Shown here: in pieces, positions 34,998 to 47,700 of the stretch
Position numbering within the stretch: the stretch's first letter is position 1
Layout of the letters: each line of letters opens with the position of its first letter
Assembly (NCBI GenBank): GCA_010093815.1
Contig: ML996577.1
Length of the DNA: 64,000 nt
Direction: 5' to 3' (one strand)
From: Pseudovirgaria hyperparasitica
Lineage: Eukaryota
Position numbers and translations under genes: made by a program
The notes under the pieces: model-generated
What the model saw: only the letters and a program-made list of their open reading frames with translations
Database searches by the model: none
Told to the model about the DNA's origin: nothing

Positions 34998-36703
34998 TCA
35001 AAATATGCTACTCTTCTTCTTCGCCACCTTCGAATTTACATTCTCCCCACTCGTTCGGAGCCCAAAGAAACTTCTCTTCGGTTGCTTCAGCGTCTGGCCC
35101 AGGTCTGGCCTTAATAGGCCTCCACCACCAAAATATGCGTTTTGTTGTGGCGGCCGTGCAGGTGCATGCCATCCCCCTTGCTGTATTGGTCTCGGAGGAG
35201 GCGCTTGAGCGACGCGGCCCTGTGGAACAGAGAATAGATTGCTCGTCCTATGCTGTTGAGGCTGCGGCCTGTGCTGCTGTTGCTGTGAATGCGGTCTGAA
35301 AGGTACAGCTTGCGGCTGTTGAGGGCGTTGGTGGGGTCTTTGAGGCTGCGCAGGCGGTGGGATAACCTGTCCCTGAGTGCCGTATTTTCGGCGTAGACGC
35401 TCGGTCTCTTTGTCGACTTCAGCCTGCTTACGACGCTTCTCTTTCTCTTCTGCTTCTTGTTGCTTGCGCAACCGTTTAGCTTCAGCTTCTGAGGCTTTCT
35501 GCTGTTGCCGCTGTTGTTCGAGTTGTGCGCGGCGCTCGTTGTCGACTTGGGCGCGGAGGTGTGCGGCTTCTTGTTCAATTTCCCAGCGTGCTCTTGGATC
35601 ATCAACAGAAGCCTGTTGTTTCTGAGGGACGGTAGTTTGGAGCGGAGGGAGAGATTGACGTCTGTGATCGTTGCGGGAGCTGGGTGCGACTGGGCGTTGA
35701 TGATGATGTTGAATTGGTCTCTGGGCTGGTAGAACGTGTGATGGCTGGAGTTGCTGAGGAGATTGTATTATTAGCGGTCCTGTAGCTGGTGCTATGTATC
35801 CACCGGTCGGAGTAAGTGGAGGTGAGTTCTTCCTTCCGATCTTCCCTCCACTGCTGTTCTTGCGGCCGTAGTCATCAATATGGAAGGCATCTTGAATCCT
35901 GCCAAAGAACACATCCTTGATGACTGCAGCACTCAGAAGTAGCACGAGTTCGAGACCTTTGTAGTCCTCGATCTCCACACGATATAGATTCGATTCGTAT
36001 ACTGTAAGGTCCTTGAGACCGCTGAAAAGTGCAACTGCAATATCTGCTTCCTTATTTTTCTTCTTCTTGCTGTCCGGATCTGTTGATTTTCCGGTCAGAA
36101 AGCATGTCATATCCTTACTCAGTTTGCTATCTCTCCTCCAAACAAAGTTGAGCTTCGGTATGGTCGCGTCAGCGGCCGGATCGTTCCGCGCCCGGTCAAG
36201 TGCCGAAGCACTGGGTGCTCTGAACGTTTGCTGGGGCAGACTGAACTCGTACCAATTGGTATTACTCCAATTTGAAGTCTTCTGTACGACCTCGACCTGC
36301 TGATCCGGCTCATATAGTTGCACGGTGAAGGACGTTGGTAGTATAGGCTGTGGTGGCGGTGCTACTCCTCCATTCTTTCTTATCTCCTCCTGGTTCAGTG
36401 TAGGATGTGTCCAGCCAGGCCTTAATAGTACCTCGCCAAACAAGACGTCTAGGTTGTGCGCGTCAAATAGAGCTACGGCGTATGTATTTTTAGCGTCCGG
36501 GCTGGCAGGATCTAGATGATGTAGGTCGTACGAAGGCGCCGGATCGCTACCGTGCTGTGAGAAGTAGTATGCTTGGTGATGTTTGACGCCATCTGTGTTT
36601 GCTTTGAGGAAGAAGTCTGCTTGTCGGTCAGCTTGTGCTCGTACACTTGAACAGCTTCTAAGAAGCAGAGTAAGCACATACTGGGTAGGTTTTCGTCCAA
36701 CAT
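34998..36703 (-). CDS. Conserved fungal hypothetical protein (MLDENLP.FFLK N-terminus, Q/P-rich C-terminus); complement(join(34998..36616,36682..36703))
   Basis: A 22-nt first exon and a 65-nt canonical intron lead into a 559-aa ORF containing YESNLYRVEIEDYKGLELVLLLSA. Confidence 0.85.
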
Positions 36704-37635
36704 GATGGGACGGGCCGAACCAAGATTCAAAGTGTCTGTTGCTAGATCACGAGCTGCAGCCAAGGTCTTGTGGTGGTGGGCGACAAGAACATTATGAAGA
36801 GACGAAGGACATCAGCATCGTCGAGGCAGAACGGTATCAGTATGGCCTTATAGGAGGCCAAGCGGGCTGTGTGAACGCTTGAGCAGAGCAACAGAGCACA
36901 AACCACCTGCAACAACAATTGGTCAGACCCGACTGCGGCCCGCTGTCTCCCAAAACGATGACGCTGCAGGTGCCAAGGTACTACTAACCTGGAATAGATC
37001 ACAAAATACGCCTTGCCGCTTTTGGCCTCGCCCTCCTTCGGCCCACGTGAGTCTGTGAAATTTAGTTATCTTCTTCTACTCAGTATCCTTTACTCTCTTT
37101 CCTTCATCCAAGCATCACACAACAATACGACTGCTGTTAATCTACTCTCGTCTGATCCCCACTGGGCGTATCTTGATTCACCTGCTCGAAACTTAATATT
37201 TCATCGCATGTTCTGAATATGCCCTCAGCTCACCGTCATATAATTGACCCGGCCCCACGACACAGCCTCGAAGCTGCAGCGGCCTAAGGACGCGTAAGTG
37301 CAACGTTCTCGCCAAGCCGCGGACTCGCTTGGCCCAGCTTATGTTGGCTGCTTGGTAGCAGAGGTCAAGAGATGCACCAAGGGACCCTGGCCAGCGATTT
37401 CTATCGCCAGGGAGCGACATTCATCCGACCAATCACTACGACTTGATGCTACGCGAAGGCATCACTGATATGTAATGCCCGTAGAATGTTTCATGCTACG
37501 CAGTGGTGTCGAATCTCCCGATGCTCTCTCGGTACTACTGAGTTACGTACCCCTTGGTATATCGCAAGCTCGACTTCTTGGGACAATCAGGTGTCATAGT
37601 CAGAAGAAGGGAACAATGACATCTCGCCAGCTTAG

Positions 37636-38448
37636 TCATGTAACCATGTACGGCTTGCTAGCTAAAATGATGGAAATGTACTTCTGGATGGGCAGAATAG
37701 TTAGGTGAGGCCTCATTCTCTCTACCTGTGCAACGATGTCTTGCACGCACGACACCAGCACGCCGCTATGCAGTCTCATTGCTTCAGCAACCACATACGA
37801 CCAATTCCTGTAGCTCGTCAATCTCTGGGTGTCAAAAGAAGAGAGCGCAACCGCGGTATCTTCTGTGTCCGCCCTCATAATAAAGATGGTTCGATCACAC
37901 CTGTCGCTCCACAACGCGAGCATAAAGCTCGGTCCGGCGATGTCAATCAAGCGCAAAGACACGCGTCTTACTATTATGACGACCATCGAGATTAGTCTCG
38001 GCGACAACTTGCTTATAACTAGATATCTCCTATCGTGCAATAATGTGCCCATCGGGTACGATGATAATGGAGTTAGCGATAAGCCTTCCATCGTCTTTAA
38101 CTCAAGCTCTCGCAATATTGTCACTGAGGTACGCGTCTGGTGAATTTCTGCCTAGCATGGCAGGCGATTGTGGACGACTGTCAGTTTTCACTGCTCTACA
38201 CTGTCTCCGGTAATTAGCTGCTTTACCGATGCTGCCGTATCGAAGCCTTGTAGAACCAATTCGACGTCCCTAAAGCCTTTACCATTGTCGTGTTGCTGAA
38301 CAGCGCCGATTGTTACATGGAAGCATGCCTAGGACCATTTCTCCCACATCTGCTGAGCTTTGTGAAATACCATTGGGACTGATTCCTGGTGCTCTAAAGG
38401 CCTTAGGGTCAGATCCCCAATGTGAAGTACATTTTCGAGCTGTTCGTC
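37636..38448 (-). pseudogene. Possible decayed gene: one frame of ~270 codons with three internal stops
   Basis: The frame of ORF 37636..38124 continues upstream through TAG/TGA/TAG with protein-like composition. Intron-like GTAGAG..CTAAC..CAG near 37725..37684. No family recognised. Confidence 0.3.
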
Positions 38449-38746
38449 TCACTCAGGTCTATTGTAGGTGCATATTACCAAGTGAATGCACTTCTCGAGG
38501 TTTGCTAAGAATGGTCCTCATTGAAGCAGAGTAGTAGACCGACGTGTTGTAATTGGTCACGCGATTCCTGGTTTAGGACAACGTCGCAAACTATCAAGGT
38601 TCGCCTCCACCGAGTATCCTTTTGATAAAACTGCTCGCGGTAGGTGCTGTTGACGGGGAGATCTGGTATGAAGCGGATACATCACACGTTCTCAGTTGTT
38701 ACGGTAGTAAACCAAGATTGATCCAATCGTTCTTCCTAGAGATCGT

Positions 38747-38776
38747 ACGGGACCGAATGTAGGGACGGGACCGAAT
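38747..38776. promoter_or_regulatory. Direct repeat ACGGGACCGAAT x2 (CGG-N2-CCG cores) upstream of D-amino-acid oxidase
   Basis: Exact 12-mers at 38747 and 38765, about 300 bp before the ATG. Confidence 0.4.
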
Positions 38777-39071
38777 AATACTTAGAATATGTTGAGGAGT
38801 CATCGGTGCTTTTTCAAGGATTATTCTGTATTGTCTGTCCAGTTATACCAAGCTCAATCTCTCCTGCGCTTTGCAATGATTGACGCAGCTTATAGGAAAT
38901 CGGTGATATTGCTTGTTACAGTCATGTATCATACGCTGCAGCTCTGATTACGATCGAGTGCTCTTGCCGATCGGCCCGCGGCGAGTATGACTCTAGCTAC
39001 GAACCGTGAGGTACTAAATCGACGCATCTTGCAACACCAATGTTTGGTAAGCCTGTCAGAAGTGTATCACG

Positions 39072-40343
39072 ATGGCGTCTATTACCTATGCTGTCCTCGG
39101 CGCTGGTGTGATCGGCTTGTCCACCGCCATCGAGCTCAAAACTCGATTTCCAGACGCCAAGGTTATCATCGCAGCGAAATATTTCCCTGGGGATCGAAGC
39201 ATTAAGTATTGCTCGCCATGGGCTGGAGCAAACTGGCTATCGATAGCGACAGAGGACCAGGTTTTGCATGAGTGGGAAGCAGAGACTTATCGTCGCCTCC
39301 AAACCATTGCGACATCTGTGCCTGAGGCAGCCGTTACAAAGATGGACATACATGCCTTCTACGACAGCCCACCAGAGCAAGCAGGCATTTTCGCTCCTGG
39401 ATCTAAGAAACTATGGTATGAAGACTTGGTCGGGGGTGTCAGCCAGATCGCCAATGCGGATCTAGCAACAGGTGCTCAATTTGGCTATGTGATACCTACG
39501 TTTATGATTAACACACAAGGCTATCTCGCGTGGTATGAATCCTTGAAGATATCGTAACCACATAGCTTTATGCACTAACTAGCTCTCAGGCTGAACACAG
39601 AATGTTTGAGACTAGGCATCGAAATGCGCCGCAGCTCTTTCGACGACATCCGTGACTTCTTCCATGCCGTTCCTGCCAATGCATACTTTAATTGCACCGG
39701 ACTTGGCTCTTACCATCTCAAAGGTGTCGAAGACAAAGCGCTATACCCTACAAAAGCATGTTTCCAAGAGTCAATCACTAGAATGAATTTAACGTGGCTC
39801 AGGGTCAAATAATGCTCGTCGAAAGCCCCAAAGTTCAACTTGAGCACATGTATCTTCGTTCACCAAAGCGCGTTGACAGCGATACGACCTACGTATTTCC
39901 GAGAAACCCCTCTGGAGGTGTCATTCTTGGTGGATGCAGAATTGACAACGACTGGAGTGACAAGATTGATATTGACCTGGCCGAAGATATCAAGCGGCGG
40001 TGTTGTGCTCTAGCCCCGGAACTGGGCAAACCGGAAGATCTGAAGGTAGTCTATCATTGCGTAGGGCTCAGACGTCAGTATTTGAGGATATCTAATATGT
40101 GCGCTAGTGACTGATGGCTATAGCGGGACGCGAGGGAGGACCTAGAATGGAATCGGAAGTCATGGGTGGCCATCTTGTTATCCACAACTATGGTGCGAGC
40201 GGAGCTGGGTACCAGGCATCGTGGTAAGTGATCTGTCCCTAGTGTTCAGGGCAAAACAGGCGTTTTTCTAATAAGTGACTGGTAGGGGAATGGCTCAGAA
40301 GGCTGTTGACATTATGCAGCAAATATCACAGTCGAACCTCTGA
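39072..40343 (+). CDS. DAO: Peroxisomal D-amino-acid oxidase; join(39072..39532,39590..39755,39803..40073,40124..40223,40286..40343)
   Basis: VLGAGVIGLSTA FAD motif, SPWAGANW, FNCTGLGS, PTK/GQ, VGLR/PGR, IHNYGASGAGYQASWG, and C-terminal SNL (PTS1-like). Intron 2 is GC-AG. Confidence 0.95.
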
Positions 40344-41622
40344 AGTAGCCCGAATCGAAACAGACTTGGAAGCTCTGAATATTCATACATATATCTCCAA
40401 GTCACAAGTATGGATCTGTCCTACAACATTCATACTGTCATACTCTTATCCACTGTCTTGATTCCTCGCTACCGAAGGCTACGCTAAAATCTTAGGCACG
40501 TTAGGTACTTCACCTCCTCCGAGCCGCTTTGGAAGGATCACATCTTTAAGTTTCTTGACCTGCCTCAAAGAGCCGCAACCCCGAGCTCTATGAAACAGAA
40601 CGGATCTGCCTTGATCTACTCTAGTATTACTTGTAGAACTCCCCGACGGGTATCCTAATAAAACCGCCGTGCGCATCTCCGTCACAGTACTTTTTCTATC
40701 GGTTAGAAAAGAGCTCGAGCACGCCGATCGACTGAGAAAGAGCCTATCGGCAGAGTATCAGCCGTGATTATTCTCAACCCTCCATGCTACCTAAGCAGAC
40801 CCTAGCTACGTTTTCGGCGTTTGCAGGCCATTCATAACAAGTAAATGTTCAAGAACAACGACAATCAATGGGTCTAGAAGTAGCCGACGGATCAAGAACG
40901 TAACAAAAACTTTCCCCGATTGATCTGCTAATAACTTTCAGCAATTCGACGAGGGTTATTACACACGACCTCCTTGTTCATTGCCATGGTGCTACTTAAC
41001 GTTATACTATTCGCTACCTCCACATCGCAGTGACAAATGTTTAAAGATCTTTGTTTATGCTTCACATGAGGTAAGATTATATTGTGATACACAGGCGGTT
41101 TCAACGATTACGCCGCCACTGATCAAGTTGAAGATACGACTGTGAACGTTTTGAGGCCCCAAATCTCCTTTGACCCCTAGCCTATCGGTGGGTGTTTGAC
41201 TAAAACCCCACAAAGGATTCTATAGCCGTTGATCACTGGATCATTTCGTCTCGTTATACTGTCTGTACCTTGGTTAAAACATGCGACCACTTTCGGCTGT
41301 ACAGCCGTCACCAATGTGTCACACGCCATCTTTCGGCCCAAAGACCAACTTGTTTCCTAAAGTCTCAATGAAGTCGCTTAAACGCATTTGCCTTCCAAAA
41401 GGTAGTCATAATAAGTACATGCCTACAGCGGCTAGTTGTCCAGAATGATGATCAATCGCAAGACTGAGGCTGAACTCTTACTTATGATTACATACCTTTG
41501 GGTCGTAGGCTTGGTACCACGAATATGGATATAAGAAGAGGAGGATGTTCATAACAATTGATCCAATCTTCAGTCATTCCCTCACACGCCCTTCACAGTT
41601 GAATAGGGTGATATCTTTCGAT

Positions 41623-43104
41623 ATGTCTTCACGATTGATCACTGCTTTTGTTTCTATCTTACCTCTGGCTTCTGCATGGCTACCAGGACACCATTCAAGC
41701 ATTGAGCTCTCAGCCTTTGGCGTTACGAATCGCTCGATTGCTGGTCGTCAGACTATAGTGGTACCTGATAAAATTCGTGGTGTCAATGTCGGCAGCTTGT
41801 TCATCATAGAACCTTGGATGGTCGGTGAATCCTGGAACAGGATTGGATGCTCAAATCAACCTTCAGAATTTGCGTGTGTCCAGCAGCTTGGTCAGGAGGC
41901 TGCTAATTCCGCCTTCAGGCAGCATTGGGACACTTGGATCACACAGGCAAGATAGCATAGAATTGGTCTGCTAGAAATTGAACAAGGCTAACAGTAATCT
42001 ATAGGGCGAGATTCAACTCATGAAAGATTACGGCCTAAACACAATCCGTATCCCTATCGGCTACTGGATGGCCGAAGACCTCGTCCGTGGAGACGAACAC
42101 TATCCCAAAGGCGGCCTCCAATTCCTCGACCGCTTCGTCGGCTGGGCAGCCGATGCCGGTATGTATGTGATCCTCGATCTCCACGGCGGACCTGGGGTAC
42201 AAGCCGCAAATCAAGGCTTCACCGGAAACGTAAGTCCCCAACACTCTCACACTCCCTAGACGATATACACTCACGCTACAAAAGACCGTTAGCGAGCCTC
42301 AATTCTTCAACAGCTACAACTTTGACCGTGCCTATGGCTTCCTCGAATTCATGACTTCGCGCATCCATAACCCCAGCACCGCGCAGCAATACCGCAGCGT
42401 CGGCATGCTCCAAGTCATGAACGAGCCAGATCGCGGCTACGGCAACCTCGTCTCCGAATTCTACCCCAACACCCTGCGCCGTATCCGCGACCGCGAGACT
42501 CAACTCAACGTCGCCGATGCCGCACGTCTGCACGTGCAATTCATGAATACGAACTGGGGCGCGGGACGCCCTGCGCAGAATCTGCCGGCGGACGATATGC
42601 TATTCTTTGACTCGCACACGTACTTCTCCTTTGAGAACAGCAAGGAACAGAGCCAACAGAGCTATCTCACGTCGTCGTGCGCCGCACAGCCGGGCAGTGA
42701 TGGAGACGCGCCTGTCGTTGTTGGCGAGTGGAGTGTTGGTATCAACGCCAACGCTGGTGGGAATGGCGAGTTTGAAGTCAATAGTGATAACAATCTTGGT
42801 AAGTATGCTGTGATGTCGGCTAGATACCTGCATCCTGCGTCGAAATTTACAAATGAACATCGAGCTAATAGGCTGTAGAGTTTTACAGACAGTACTACGG
42901 CGTGAGTATGACTGTAAGCTCTGAAGACAAAAAATTTACTCTTTACAGCGTCAGGTCGGCAATTTCGAGAAGCTCGCGGGCTGGATCTTCTGGAGTTGGA
43001 AAACGGAGGCTGGCAACGACTTCAGATGGTCATACAAGACGGCCGTGGAGAGGGGGATATTTGACAAGGATCCAGGCAATGCTGCTGCAAACTATGGATG
43101 TTGA
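41623..43104 (+). CDS. Secreted GH5 glucanase, probably endo-beta-1,6-glucanase (ExgB-like); join(41623..41946,42005..42229,42285..42798,42879..42901,42949..43104)
   Basis: Signal peptide, IRGVNVGSLFIIEPWM, GLNTIRIPIGYW, ILDLHGGPG, NEP acid/base, VGEWS nucleophile, GWIFWSWK. Intron 1 is GC-AG. Confidence 0.93.
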
Positions 43105-44750
43105 TTGATTACTTTTCTTGATCTGTTTCGATACCTATGTATGGGTTCTATTCGATGTATATATGACTAGGTCTGTCAAGACTACTCGATCAACTATAGG
43201 TATTCATAGCGTTATCTATGAAGAATATGACTAACTTACATCTATACTTAGTACCATACATGTTGTCTTACTATCTATAGCTCTCGAAGCCTACTGTAAT
43301 ATCTCTTGACTAAAACTAGTTTAGAGCTAAGAGGGGATATGTCCAGAGAAATATAGTAGAATTTTAGATCCTAATAGCTACTATTAATATAATCTTCTTC
43401 CATACTAACAATTAATTAGTATAGTGTTTATTGATACTTACTATACAAGGTTGAAAGACACTGGATGTATTAGAACTATTTCAGTGTGAATTAGTACTAT
43501 ATATTCTATATAAAATATAGGATTATAATATAAGAGATTTTATGAAGTACTAGTATAAGGGATTAAAATAGAGACAAAAATCTTAGTTTTAGAACTAAAG
43601 TAATGAATAATTAAATTTTATGGAGAACTAGCAAGAGAAAAGCGCGCCAGTCCATAACAAAGCCAATGCGGACTTTATGCAAAGATAGTACTATTACAGA
43701 TGGCCAGAGAATGGTGACTTAGTACTTCAATTGCAATAGCTCTTATAATAAGTACTAGCACAAAGGATATACATCTAAGTGATCTCATGAAAGGAGAATA
43801 CTTTGGCGTTGAAAAAACTGAGCGAACAAGCTCCACTCCACTGTTCAAACAATTCTCTTTGAGTCTTTGGACATTGCTGTGTGATAGACTGATTAATTCT
43901 TTGTGCGTCAAGACCAAAACAAGCGCAAGTAATAATCTGCACCTTCTGTCCATTGCAGACGAAGTATTGCACCACGAGTCAGAGCAGTATGTCGGCTTGA
44001 TTACACACGCCATGGTGATTTATGGTATACGAGGGCTTGCATACTAACACACGGCCGTCAACAAAAACCTCAAAGTACGCTCTAGCTCGCCTATGTCTGT
44101 CTTTACTGAATTTCACGATAATTACCCAACGTTCCGGCCATTCTGGATTCAAGGGCATCCGAGTCTCGACTAATTAGCACATGTGAGAGCGAGACTCTTA
44201 TTGGCGAGTCTCACTGGTGCTTCACGTAAGGAGAATTTTGCAAGCGAGCGTCCAGTGGCTATCCCGCCGCCGGTTGCTCCCCCCTGGAGTGTGGGGAATC
44301 TTCTAACGGCTTTGCGTTAGTCGTACGCCATGCCGCCCGGCGCGCCCACGCGATTCGTGACGCGAAAGAAGACATTAAAGGGGCTATGAGTTGGAGTTGG
44401 GGGATGAATTGTATGTTAGGTAGATATTTGTATTGGATGGAACTTTCTGCAGTGTGATTGTGATAAGAAGGCTCGACCTGATCTATATTTTGTTGAACTG
44501 TAGAGTACCGTGGTTGCACTGCAGGTGCAGGACCCTTTATTTCCCGCTGCGCTCTCCGGCTGAACGCTTCGACCTCTGCAGGCTTCAAGCCCCCTCTGCT
44601 CATATTTGTTATCCTCAACACCACTCGTCCTCACATCTACGCCGCGCTTCACACGACGTGAGAGCTCGTGTGCAAGGAGTACTTTGTTGTTGAATTGCCT
44701 CTCTCGCCGCTGCCCTGCCATTGTCGACTGACGCCCCTTTCTGTACCATC

Positions 44751-47700
44751 ATGGCGGACGCGGGACCATCGTCCAGAGGTGACGAGAACCCTGCAACCGA
44801 CAAAACACCATCTTCTGCAGCTGCCAGGAAGCCCTCAATTGCTTTAGATCAGTCGAAGTTGAAACAAACACCATCGCTGAAACCGTCCACAGCTTCCAAG
44901 GTTGAAAATGTACCTCCGCGTCGTCCCGGTATTGCTACAGCTGCCGCAAAGCGACCTACTACGACTTCGACCGCAACATCTGGTACAACCTCGCGCCTGA
45001 CAGCAAGTACCACGAAGCCACTGACCTCGACAACTACCTCAAGGCCCTCTACTACTAGCAGCTTGAGCAAGCCCCCAACGCGTCCTCCTCCGGGCTCATA
45101 TGTGCGCCGTTCGACAAAATCTACCGCTGACAACGACACGGCTTCTGTCACATCTGGTGATGAGAAGAGGTCTACAATATCAGCCGGCACATCGGCAGCG
45201 AAAAAAATGTCCACCGTAGGGGTTGCTTCGACGCGATCATCGCCATCAAAGCCAGGCATCGCTGCGGATCGGCGTTCGACAATCACTCCAGCTTCGAGTA
45301 TGGCCCCTAAACGCCCATCTCCTGCGACAAAGACAGCGACTGATCGAGCTCCATCGAGATCGACTACTAGACCTTCAGCGAGCTCAGCGGCCAGGCCTTC
45401 AGCCCCACCGGTCCCTCGCACTGGGATCTCCTCGCGTCCTTCGACAGCTACTTCCACCGCGACCAAGTCTGTGACGGCCTCGCCGAAGAAGCCAACTTCA
45501 ACTTCATTCAAGGTTCAGGAAGAAGAGTGGGTTTGATCAGAAGCTGCTGCCCTGATATAATCAAACTGACGTTCTCACAGACAAGTTACCTCACCTTCGC
45601 TAGAGTCTCATCCCACTGTACTCTCAACCACTGATGAATCTCAACGTCCAGAGACTGTGTCAAGCCCTGGTGATGCTAGTGATCACAAGCGTGGGCGATC
45701 TCAACAAGATATCATGACTGATTTCTTCGAAGAGGCTCGCGCCAGAGATGAACTGAGAGACAAATTGAAAGAGACCCAAGAAGAGCTCGAAGAGGCAATC
45801 TCTGAGCGTGATGCGGCCAGAGCTGACGTTGAGAAGTTCAAGGATGAAGCCGAGAAAGCCGCGGAACAGTTGGCTGATCTTGAGAGTTCGCACCAGCAAG
45901 ATAAGGCGAAACTAGGTGACAATCGGTCCCTGCACGCCGAGCTTGAGGACACCAAGGAGAGGTTGAAGACGCTTCAAGAGCAGAAAGCGGAAGAGGAGGC
46001 CGAAAAAGACGAATTGCGCCGCATACTACAGGCTCTGGAAAAGGAGCACGAACGTGTCGAACAAGAAATCGATACGAAGGATGCGGAGCGAGAGGAAGCC
46101 ACAAAGACTCTGGAAGACAGGATCTCAACTCTGATGGACGAGCTTTCTCATGCTCAGGGCGAGCTTACCACTGTTCAGCAGAACATTACTGATGACGATT
46201 CAAAATCAAAGATCGCCTCGTTGACGGAAGAGCTTGCTAAGGCTAGAAAGGAAATGGCAACGGAGCAATCCAGCTCCCGGGATCAACTCGAGTACCACGA
46301 GAAGGTTCATCAGAACACCATCAAGGATCATCAGACCCGTCACGCAGCAAGCGAAACTCGTATCGAGGAATTAGAAACCAAACTCGAGAACCTGCATGAG
46401 CAGCTAACCGAGAAAGAGTCTGACTATCAATCCAAGATTCAAGATCTGCAGGAAGAACTCCAAAGTAAAACCCAACAGCTTGAAACCTCAAAAATGATTG
46501 GCAACGAAAGGGCTCAGCAACTTGTTGACGAACACGACAAAGCGACTGAACTTTTGCAAGCCGAGCTCAAGGGTCTGCGAGATGCCCAAGCCGACCGCTC
46601 CCGCGAGCAGGCTGACAGTGAAACCAAGGCACGCGAAGCTGGTGCCGAACATTCAAAGGCACTTGAACTTCTCCAGGCAGAACTCAGTAAGGCTAAGGAT
46701 GAACATTTGTTATACGTGAAGGAAAAAGATGATGAGCTGTCGGGTTCTGTGAACGCGAAGGGGGAATTGCAGAGCAAAATTGCAGAACTTCAGAGCAAGC
46801 ACGACGATGCCGTCGAAAAGAAAGATGCCGAGCTCGCTACGGCAGCAAAGCAAGTTGATGAACTCCGAGAGGAATTGGCCCAACTCAAGACTAATCATGA
46901 TAATGAGTTGCGTGCACAGAAGGATGAATTGTTTAATTCTGGAAATGCTCTCGAAGAGCTTCAGCTCAAACTGAATAATGTACAGAGTGCACAGTCAGGC
47001 GACGCCGAAAAGCAGGAAGCTGCACTTGCCGAATCAAGTATTCAGATTGAAGAGCTTCGAAGCGCGCTTGAAGCGTTGAAGAACTCGCACGTTGAGGACC
47101 TGCGTTCCAAAGAGGCAGAGATATACAAGACTGGCAATGCCCTTGAGCAGTTGCAGGATGCTCTTCGTGATGCGCAAAGCTCACATATTGATGATCTTCG
47201 ACAGAAAGAGGAGGAGATATCAAAGTCGGCTCAAGTGATTGAAACACTTCAAGACGAGCTCATTAAGCTTGATAGTCGACATGGTGACGAGATTCGAGCT
47301 AAGGAAGAAGAACTCTCTGGAACTCAGACTGCACTCGAAAGATTGCAAGCGCACATTATGACGTTGGAGCAAAATCTAGCCGACAAGTCTGCCAATGATG
47401 AGGGAGCACTTATAAAGTCCTCCGAGGTCATTGAAAGACTTCAAGACGAAGTGCGTCAGCTTCATGAGCAACGCGCCGACGCCAATCGTCAAAAAGATGA
47501 AGAGATGTCCAAGTCGTCCGAGGTCATCGAAGCGCTGCAAGCAAAAGTGACCGAGCTGCAAAGCAACGAAGCTGAGGAGAGCAGAGAGTCTAAAGATCTC
47601 CGTTCGCAACTAGATGAACTAAAGAAAGTTCATGAAGAACTACTCAAGACCAAAGAGGAAGAGGTCAATGGACTAAAGGAGACCATCCGGAACCTAGGTG

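Noticed and set aside
37793..37803. ACATACGACCA matching the 5' end of fungal 5S rRNA
   Set aside because: The match stops after 11 nt; no 5S internal control region or terminator follows.
44849..45511. 220-aa antisense ORF, and similar antisense ORFs over ATG13, the BTB gene, the peroxidase and the MFS gene
   Set aside because: Shadow ORFs caused by codon bias of the real gene on the opposite strand or frame.
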